From assembly GCF_000760515.2 (NCBI RefSeq), contig NW_013546622.1, positions 62,001 through 115,468 on the forward strand: 53,468 bases of DNA, written 5' to 3'. This document shows positions 45,187-53,468 of this stretch, in pieces. The stretch comes from Mitosporidium daphniae. Lineage: Eukaryota. Made by a program: the position numbers and the translations under genes. Position 1 is the first letter of the stretch, and every line of letters begins with the position of its first letter. Below the pieces are notes generated by a model. The model searched no databases and was not told where the DNA came from. It saw only the letters and a program-made list of their open reading frames with translations.

Positions 45187-46272
45187 ATGACTTCGTTGCT
45201 TACTCAACCGGCAAATCCATTGGCAAAGTCCGAAGTAACATATATTTCACCACCACCACCGCCCATCCTATCCGCACCAAAGAAGACAATAACGAACCCG
45301 CTTCAGGATCAAAAGAAGGCAAAGTATGCTCAGCTTCTTAACCAACGGGAGGAGGATCATTTTTTGCTGCAGCAGAATGACCTTGAGCGCGAGAAAAGCG
45401 CGTGGAACAATGTCCTGACATGGCTACTTGCCCTTTTAGCGCTGACGTTGCTTCCGTTTGCCCTTCATTATGGGATTAAGAGCACACATCCACCAAATGT
45501 TGTCGTTCCATCTGGAATGCAGACGCATTCAATTAAACACCAGCCTAGGCATGAAAATGGCATTTCTGGCACTGCTGCGGCACCGATGGCATCATCGCCA
45601 TCATCTAGCACGGTAGTAGCACCCCATATTTGTGTTTGTACAGTAAGAAGAATCAACAAATTAACCAATGATGTGCGTACGTCGACGCTCAAATTCCCCA
45701 TTTCGCATCTGGCTGCACATAGTACGTGGGATGAAGAGTGCGAGCGTCTTTGCGCTGAAGAGCGTCCTAAAATGGTTGAGACGCTTAATGTGGATGAATG
45801 GCACGGTAATGGGCATAATACTAAGCCTTCGGAACCTATGCACGTTTCCAAGTCTCCAAAGCTTCCGGATGAAAATCCCAAAGAGTTGGAGCGGGCAATA
45901 GGAGGTCTTTTCGATGCGCTTTTGAGCGTTGCACCGATTGAAGACACTCATTCCCCGCTGATAGATGACGCAGCAATATTTGACATGCTCCTATCTTCCC
46001 TGTCTGCGCCAGAGGCAGCTGGAAGTACGTTTGTGAAAAAGCCGATGCGCGTTTCCCCAGTATCAAGCCACATATCTGAGGATCTCTTTGGCCCTCTAAT
46101 TAAAAAAGAACCGCCCACTAGCCCTGTTGATGCAGATAAGGATATTAGGATCCCTTTGTTCAAGGATGGCGATCTTTTTCACCCCTCCTCATCACCGATG
46201 ATGCTCTCCGCAATGCTGCTAGGAATGGGAGCTTCGAATGAGACTGCACACACCCCACTGATCCTATCATAG
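45187..46272 (+). CDS. Hypothetical single-pass membrane protein, 361 aa
   Basis: Long ORF with one TM segment (VLTWLLALLALTLLPFAL) and a small Cys motif (CVC...EECERLC); AATAAA follows the stop. Confidence 0.7.
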   Translation: MTSLLTQPANPLAKSEVTYISPPPPPILSAPKKTITNPLQDQKKAKYAQLLNQREEDHFLLQQNDLEREKSAWNNVLTWLLALLALTLLPFALHYGIKSTHPPNVVVPSGMQTHSIKHQPRHENGISGTAAAPMASSPSSSTVVAPHICVCTVRRINKLTNDVRTSTLKFPISHLAAHSTWDEECERLCAEERPKMVETLNVDEWHGNGHNTKPSEPMHVSKSPKLPDENPKELERAIGGLFDALLSVAPIEDTHSPLIDDAAIFDMLLSSLSAPEAAGSTFVKKPMRVSPVSSHISEDLFGPLIKKEPPTSPVDADKDIRIPLFKDGDLFHPSSSPMMLSAMLLGMGASNETAHTPLILS

Positions 46273-46440
46273 GAACTTTTATACAGAATAAATAATTGCG
46301 CCTAGATCACAATGTAGAAGTTGGCAAAAGTAGCAGCACCAATCGTACAAGGTACAGTAGCGGCGAGGTGGTTTGGGAGCCAACCCCGCTTATCGATAGT
46401 ACTGGTTTATCTACTGGCTGATTAAGTATTTGTTTATCTA

Positions 46441-49400
46441 CTAGGAACAGTGGATGTGTACAAGACCTGTGGCAGCGACGACAGCAAAGAGCCCAATAGG
46501 TATTGGATGCCACGAAACCTGAACCCATTCCATGGGATCATTCATCCCAACACTGCTGGCAATGATATCGTCATCTGCAACCGGTGGTAAATATACACTG
46601 AAAGCACGGGTTTCTCTATTATATGACCATGAGGCGATATTCGACGAATCGCCCTTCTTGGAGCGCGGATCTGGCGTGCCAAACAGCTCTACCTTGCCAT
46701 TCCAATTTGCCATTGCAAGCAATGTGCCGCCAAACCGGGAATTTGGATAAACGCCCACCCACTAAAGAAAGCATAAAAAGAGAAAAAAGAAAGCAAAAGC
46801 AGAAAGAATTATTGCAATTCGGACATACCATACGCGGGGTGGATGAGGCGAGGGTAATGACGCGGCCCGGTTCTGGCAATAATACAATTTTGGCGAGGTT
46901 TGATTCGTCTACTGCAATGACGGCACCAACAGGATCCCACGCCAGCGATCCCGTCGGAGTCTCTTTTTCCTGGTATCCAACCGCTTGATGGGCAGAGTGC
47001 ATCCAGCTGGCATTGAGAAACGGGAGTCGTGACTGCAGTAATGTCGTCCGTGCATACATGTTATCCAACAGCCAGAGCACAACGGTGTTGTCAAAAGAAG
47101 CTGTGATTACTTTGTTCGGATCGCTCATGGACCAGTCGATAGCAGAAATCAGTGTTGGATGTCCGGGACTCATCAACACCAGTACGGGCTCGCGCAGCGA
47201 TGAAAGATCAAATAGGGCGATGTAGCCTTCACGAGTGCCGGCTACTATGCGCAGAGGCTGCCCAGGGATCTTGCACCAACTGAAGCACGTAATCGCATAG
47301 GAGGGAATTGCAAGCCTGCAAAGAGGTGCTTGAGTCAACAGATTTCCAGAGTCTGAGGTCCCTGGCGTGGGAAGCGCACCGCCTTCTTCCATCAAAGCTA
47401 CAGCTGTATCTACCAAAATAAGCATGCTCCTCATACCAAGGCAAAACACAAATATGGCGCCAACAGCATCGAGCACCGCCATAAGTGCTCGGGTATCTTG
47501 AGATGCTAGCATGGTGCCCATGGCAGGAGCTGTCGTTGCCCCTGTTGTAAAGAGAAAAGGGCACCACTTGACAGCGACAACAGTTCCCCGACCATCATCG
47601 CTATCGGTGAGATCTTCGCTACTTGATTCGCGCCCATCATCTGCATCTACCCCGCTTCCCAGAGACACAGCATTGATGAGGACTGGTGCGCTTGCAATAC
47701 GGTATCCCATCGCCATAGAATCAAAACAGAGAAAAAGCGCCCACAAATAAACGGTGAATTTTGAAACCGTGGGTGCTCCATTTCCGCCAACAGCGATCCA
47801 TGTAATGCCATACTCTCCCTGCCACGCCATGCCAGGAAAAAAGTCAACAGACGTCAAGGGGAAGCCATCTCCATATGCCACTGCATCTGTTGCTGACAAA
47901 TGCAGGCCAGAAAGCGGTATCATTTCCGATGATGCCACCACCTCTGGTGCCGGGGTAACAAGCTTGGAATCAGGGCTAAGGGTTGACGCTTCTGAGCTAC
48001 AGGGGGCAAGACCAAGGACTCTTAGCTGCACCGGCTGCATGGCGGCACAAGGAAGCGGCCGCAGCGACGTGAGGCTCGAAGATCCGGCTGCTGGCATCCC
48101 CCCCGGCACAGGACTAATTGCCAATGGCTGTGTTGTAGTTGCAGTTTTCCCAGGTGGTATGCCCCCGATGGCGGCGACAAACCGTCGCGCCTGGAACCGG
48201 TCCAGCTGTGCTGGCACCACAAATTTACATAACAGCGAGATGTGCGAACGCTGTGAGGCGTCGATTTCACCCTCTCCGCCCAGTGCAAAGCTGCCATCAG
48301 CCGGCGAAATAGTACGAGGTGACATCTGATAAAAGGCTGCATCTGCATCCCGAAAGGACGAGACCCCGAAAGAGCTCTCTCCAAGGTCTTCTGTCCGCGT
48401 CGTCGGCGGAGGCTTTCTGCGAACGTCGCGCGTTCGCCGCTCAGTTAGCATTTCAACGAGCTCCCGCTTGAGGGTAACTGTGTCCTCATCGCGTCGCATT
48501 GTTATGGAAAAATCAGCTGAAGGAGATGTCAGTGAGATGGCACCGCGCTTCTTGGTAAAATGAAAAGAAAAGAGCAGAGGCAGTTGCTGGTCAATGTATC
48601 CATGCAGGATATGGACCACGTCTGGTAGGCACATGATTCTATCGCAAATATGCCGACGTGCACGGCCAAATTGTGCCTCACCACCACCGCCACCTTCTTG
48701 AAATCGGTTGAGATCTTGCCGTTCGGAGAAGCGCAATACCCAACGTTCGGGCAAGAAGGCGCCAGGTCCAGCCGCCGGTGCCAGATCCTCTCCTGGAACA
48801 AGTGGTGCAAAGAACACGCGGCGCAAAAGCCTTGAACATCGCAATAAGATTTCAAAGTCATGTTCGTAATGATGCATGTGGTACTTGTATGCGGGCAGCG
48901 ATGCAAAGACCTTGGCGCACCCGGGCACCTGGCATACGAAACGGTCCTCAACAGGCGGGGCTGCCTCTGCTATGCCTTCATCCCCTTCTGTCGGCACTCT
49001 GCGCTTGAAGGCACGAGATGTGTGCGCGGAGCCAAAATGCAGCAGCGTTTGTGCCGATTCCGCTTCAATGGCTCGTAACCATGGCTCGTCTGCCCAGACA
49101 TCGTAGGAGGAGGATGAAGCCATGCGCATAGGATCTGCGTCACGCGTCAATAAAAAGCCCTTGGGCATCAGCTCGTGAAGCGCCAGCTGGATTAACAACC
49201 CCATCATGGATTCATCTACGACGATGGTAGAAGTCTGTGCCATGAATGCAGCGGCAAGGTGGTGGCGCACCTGTGCCACCACCTGTGCTACTTTGAGTGC
49301 GGGCTGTGGGCCTAGTACCTGGAAAATGGAGTGGAACTGCCAGATTTCGTTGGCATCCGGGTTTGCTTCGATAAAATCATTGAATTTCTACCTTCAATTT

Positions 49401-50132
49401 CCTTGAGATAAGTCGCCGGATGCTCTACGGGTGTCAATGAAATCCCATCAAACTCGTAGAGCAAATTGCTCCACTCGCCGAGAGAGCCTTTAAGCGTGGG
49501 ATGCATGTAGCGCCAATGTGCCGCAAGCTCGTTTTCTGTAGGGAATCGCTCAAGACACTGCAGAACGGGGCATTTGTAAAGCTTGGGCAGAACTTTGGCT
49601 AGCGGCGAAGCAGATTTTGGCAATGCCGCATTTGTGGCCGACATAAGTTCATCTGACCCTTCGCTGCTCATTGGGGGTGGATTGACCACCAATACAGACT
49701 CCAAAGGCCCGTCAAAGATAGCTTCGTGCTGATACACTTGAAAATGCCGCTTCAGTGCCAACTTTGTGGCGAATATTCGCTCGCAGCCCGTAATTGGACA
49801 TTTGTAGACTAACGCTGGCGCTCCAGGAAGATCCGAAAGGGAGGCTGCCGGTGGTGCAAGCGATGACCGAGGCGGTACGCGCTTCAGAATTGCACCTGCA
49901 GAGGCCTGTTGGCGCAGTGCTTGGGACGTTGCGTTTGCATTTGGGTTAATCTAAAGAGAAGTGGGTTAGATGTTACCTTTCTTGGCCTTCCCCGTCCTGG
50001 ACGGGGAACGGCGAGTGGCTCTTGCCTACGGACCGAGGCATAATCGGTTGAGTAGTCGGAATGCGCCGCATGTGGATCTGGTTCTCTCGCCACTGCGGAC
50101 GGCGGAGGTGCCGGTGGCGGCGGGGAAGACAT
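46441..50132 (-). CDS. TFIIIC Tfc6/GTF3C2-like WD40 protein with N-terminal AT-hook and three C2H2 zinc fingers (about 1181 aa); introns 49951-49976, 49366-49391, 47410-47436 (in-frame, probable) and 46762-46828
   Basis: GRGRPRK AT-hook; three CX4CX12HX4-5H fingers; WD40-like segments VAVKWCP, ITCFSWC...IVAGTREGYIALFDL and ISAIDWS...ITASFDNTVVLW; terminal VSWHP...AATGLVHIH resembles the GTF3C2 end (SGLVRIH). Confidence 0.7.
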
Positions 50133-50344
50133 TTTTATGTGAATAAAGAAAAAGATTTTCTACCGACTACATTTGTAATTTTACTTTTGATGCAAAGTTG
50201 CGAATTGCATTGATCTTGTTTGGCGCCATGATTAATTTTTAAATTAGAAGGGGCGTATTTACATGGGCAATTGCCACCCAGCCAGCCTCGGCCACCCAAT
50301 TGCGCATGACATGGCAAATTAAGCCCCCAAAAATATTTAAACGG

Positions 50345-50384
50345 AGGGTTAGGGTTGCATTTGATCTGATTTTAACCCTAACCC
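50345..50384. promoter_or_regulatory. Inverted pair of telomere-type boxes (AGGGTTAGGGTT ... AACCCTAACCC) in the divergent promoter
   Basis: Visible between the divergent starts at 50132 and 50406; function inferred. Confidence 0.5.
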
Positions 50385-50405
50385 AATTTTTACAAATTAG
50401 TCCCC

Positions 50406-51694
50406 ATGGAAGACAGAAGCACTGAAGAAATCGTGGCAATGATCAAGGCAATCAAAGAGGATTCTTGCGCACAAGATGGCCCCGCTGCCCGTGCAAAGAT
50501 ATCTAAAACACGTATTGAGGTGGCATCTTTTTCCTTTAGTGAAACTGCTCTTTGACGTGCTTAGCTCTCGCCCGTCTACCTTTGCACTGCAGCTTGAGCT
50601 TGCGCAGGAGATGGTCTATTGGGCCCGCAGCAAGCATAAGACATACTTGAGGATCAATTTGGAAATCAGGCTTGCAAAAATGTATCTTGGCCGCGTTCTC
50701 AAATGTGTAGATTGTTTGAAAAAAAGGACGAGCCCAAAAGAGCGCTGGCCCTTATCTCTTCACTCTACAAGGAGCTAAGAAAGATGGATGACAAAATATT
50801 GTTGGTGGAAATCCAGCTTCTCGAGAGCCAAGTCTATCATTCCATTCAAAATGTCCCCAAGGCCAAGGTATTGTTCTGTCGATTTGGATTGCCATCCACT
50901 TGTTCCCGTTTTTGCTCTTATTGCTAGGCATCGTTGACAGGCGCCCGCGCCATGGCCAATACCATTTACTGCTCATCAGACACACAAGCAATGCTTGATT
51001 TGTACGCTGGGATTCTTCATGCAGAAGAGGGGGACTATCGAACGGCCCATTCTTTTTTCTATGAAGCCGTAGAGGCAAAGCCGGAAAACCCTGCCATTGC
51101 GGGCCGAGCCCTAACCTATATGCTCTTGATGCTTCTTATTTTGGAAAAGGTGAGTCTGGTTTTTTATGCTAGGCAAATGAGGTCCAGGAAATTATCGCCA
51201 ACACGGCGGGGTGGAAAGCATACTCTCCAGCTGCGAAAGCTTTGCCGGAATCTATCGCTGCGATGGGCGAAATCGCAAAAGCAGTTTTAGGACATTCTCT
51301 TGCGACTTTTGAATCTCTTCTCTCCTCCCCGAATATTGAGGGCGCGCTGGATTTATGGTGCAGGACGCGTCTTATGTCTCTTGGAAACATTCTGCTTCGC
51401 ACGAACCTTCAAACACTCATAGCTCCATATTCACGGGTACAAATTTCTTTTTTGGCACAGCGGCTTGGCCTACCCGTGGATCTGGTTCTTTCACGCCTCT
51501 CGCAGATGATTTTAGACAAGCAGTTGCTCGGTTTCATTGACCAAGGTGCAGATATTCTACAATTGCTCGAAGAGGGTCCAGAAAATGTGGACCAAATCTA
51601 CCCATCCCTCATCGCTACGATTGGCCATCTTGAGGGTGCTGTGGATGCCCTTGGGCGCAAAGCCGCCCTGCTTTCCGCTAACACGGCCCAGTGA
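50406..51694 (+). CDS. RPN6: 26S proteasome lid subunit Rpn6/PSMD11; 4 introns (50512-50539, 50682-50710, 50868-50927, 51150-51172)
   Basis: Motifs [64 protein letters not shown] and [17 protein letters not shown]. Confidence 0.95.
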
Positions 51695-51736
51695 TTAAAA
51701 CTGCCCAGTGGCTAACACGGCCCAGTGGCTAACACG
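51677..51736 (+). repeat. 17-bp tandem repeat (GCTAACACGGCCCAGTG), about 3.5 copies, spanning the RPN6 stop codon
   Basis: Units start at 51677, 51694 (degenerate), 51711 and 51728 (partial). Confidence 0.85.
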
Positions 51737-51946
51737 ATCCGGTAACCACCACTCAATAAAGCCTTTTAAGCGCATGGTCGAATGGAGTGTAGAGCAGCTT
51801 ATCAAACAAGAGCTAGTCAAAACATGTGCCAAACCGCCATGGGTTGCTATTTTGGCGCTGGTGGCAGGTCTACCTGGCAGCAGTTTTAGTGTACCTGATA
51901 CAATTTATTTAACATAGCAATCGCCGGAAGTGGTCACAAATGTACA

Positions 51947-52652
51947 TCAGTTGCGAGAGGGATGGCCTGAGTGGAAGAGAGAGAGAGATGTGGGGCCCAA
52001 TAATCGACCTTGGTCATCCAGGCTGATCGGTCTATGCATCTGGTGTTGATGTCCTGGAAGCAGTTGTATGCTGCTGAGCGAGGGAGAGCCATCTTTGTCC
52101 AGCTTTAATGTCTACAAATGTGAGGAAAGAACATTATCGATAAGGTACCTCTTTGTACTTTTGCAGATAGATCTTCAGCAGCTGCACATAATGGTCAAAT
52201 CCCAGAGATTCCATGGCCCATAAGATTTCCTCGCCGTTTATGGTCTTTCTTTTTTCCTGCTGGCATCGATCGGAAGCCTCCGAGGTGACAAATGCAATAA
52301 ATTCAGAAACACATTCCTGGACGGTCTCCTTGGCGTCCTTTGCTATCTTTGCATTGGAGGGGACGGCCATTTTCATGATCCTGGCCACATTTGCAATCGG
52401 AAGCAGACGGTCTTGCTCCCGTACAATATTTGGCTCGTCCGAATCGTCAAAGTCATCCTCATGAAGACCTAGGTGGTGTGAGCGATGATGGGATCGCATC
52501 CCGTCGTCCATGGAAGGCAAATATGAATGTGAAAACTGTGAAGACGGTGTTGCATGGTGCTGCATCATGGAATTGTAGGACGACGATGGGGCCGACTGTT
52601 GAGAGACCACTTGGGAAGAAATGGCAGGAATATTTGTCGGGCCACTCATCAT
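51947..52652 (-). CDS. HAP3: CCAAT-binding factor subunit Hap3/NF-YB; intron 52112-52148
   Basis: Histone-fold signature [17 protein letters not shown]...[40 protein letters not shown]. Confidence 0.97.
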
Positions 52653-52740
52653 CTGTTGGAATTGATTAAAATTTATTCGAAAATATAGTTGTCAAGGCAC
52701 ATTTTTTGGCGAAATTTTGGCAAGGTTTAAATTTAAAACA

Positions 52741-53358
52741 ATTTCGCTCGCCAAATCACAGCTCCGCTCGAGGTTGTTGAAAAAACAGCGGCGAATTAGG
52801 TGCGGGGCAACATCCGACTTTGCCGGCTTCTCCCGTGCATTTGTCAATGCTGTGTATGAGAGACTTGGATTAAAGGAAAGGAAAAGGATCTTTGTTTACC
52901 TTGATGGTCCACATGAGCTATCTGTTGCGCCGTTTATTGGCGCACTCTTGAACTATGGGCATTGCATATATGTTCCGTGCTGGAGCAATTCTAAACCGGA
53001 TGAACTTTTAAGGTATACTCCATTGCTATCAATTGAAGACATATCTTCGTTTCGCAAAGTTTCTGGGATTCCCATGCCTAGCATCGAAGGCCAGGAGGTT
53101 GAAATTCCTTTACCGGATGCCATCTTTATCCCAGCAGTTGCCTATGACTACAAAGGCAATAGGCTTGGTAGAGGCACGGGCCACTTTGACAGATATCTGT
53201 GTTCGCTGCGAACGAGGAATCCCCCGATAAGCCCGCTTTTGATAGGGGTAATTCCAACAGAATATTACCTTTTTGACGAGCTAATTCCCGCAGAGCCCCA
53301 TGACATACCGATCGGCTATTTGCTGACAGGACATGAAGAGCTGATTAAAATCGAATAA
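52741..53358 (+). CDS. FAU1: 5-formyltetrahydrofolate cyclo-ligase (MTHFS/Fau1); no in-frame ATG upstream of the domain, start uncertain (ATT 52741 or TTG 52717)
   Basis: N-terminal helix AKSQLRSRLLK; motifs IFIPAVAYDYKGNRLGRGTGHFDRYL and IPAEPHDIPIGYLLT. Confidence 0.85.
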   Translation: MSLAKSQLRSRLLKKQRRIRCGATSDFAGFSRAFVNAVYERLGLKERKRIFVYLDGPHELSVAPFIGALLNYGHCIYVPCWSNSKPDELLRYTPLLSIEDISSFRKVSGIPMPSIEGQEVEIPLPDAIFIPAVAYDYKGNRLGRGTGHFDRYLCSLRTRNPPISPLLIGVIPTEYYLFDELIPAEPHDIPIGYLLTGHEELIKIE

Positions 53359-53369
53359 ATACAAAGCTT

Positions 53370-53468
53370 TTATTGCTGGTAATTTTTGCCGGAATAGTAA
53401 TACGACGAATGGCAATTCATTTGACTGGGGGGATTGACTGGAGGATGAGGATGAGGATGAGGCTGAGG
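53370..53468 (-). CDS. Probable 3' end of a gene truncated by the window edge (...PQPHPHPHPPVNPPSQMNCHSSYYYSGKNYQQ*)
   Basis: Open frame from the edge to a TAA overlapping AATAAA; converges on FAU1 with an 11-bp gap. Confidence 0.45.
   Translation of the reverse strand, partial: PQPHPHPHPPVNPPSQMNCHSSYYYSGKNYQQ

Overview
A gene-dense eukaryotic window with about 30 protein-coding genes and one tRNA-Ser(UGA); I found no prokaryotic features, transposons or CRISPR arrays. The proteins are fungal/opisthokont-like but divergent, intergenic spacers are mostly short, and mitochondrial OMA1 is retained. This points (inference) to a Rozellomycota or early-branching microsporidian such as Mitosporidium or Paramicrosporidium. 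The ORF track is fragmented because most genes carry tiny spliceosomal introns. I reconstructed 54 by hand: 52 are 22-37 nt and two are outliers of 60 and 67 nt. Recognisable genes: RPN7, D-lactate dehydrogenase, RPA49 (truncated), ARP4, LCP5, an LRRC58-like LRR protein, CTP synthase, PRP8 (no intein), an SLC17-like MFS transporter, DDI1, a TGL1-like lipase, a CHD7-like remodeller, RPB9, OMA1, DPM1, RPC53, a PGM2-type phosphomutase (frameshifted), an AGC kinase, SEC63, ATS1, RPN6, HAP3 and FAU1/MTHFS. Most notable observations: (1) a TFIIIC Tfc6/GTF3C2-like WD40 protein with an AT-hook and three dispersed C2H2 zinc fingers; (2) a Pol I A49 subunit lacking its tandem winged-helix domain; (3) telomere-type TTAGGG boxes recurring in promoters and in two introns; (4) an MTHFS gene with no usable ATG (candidate AUU start); (5) miniature introns with degenerate splice signals, alongside a Prp8 with a divergent C-terminal domain. 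All identifications rest on motif recognition by eye; no database search was run.
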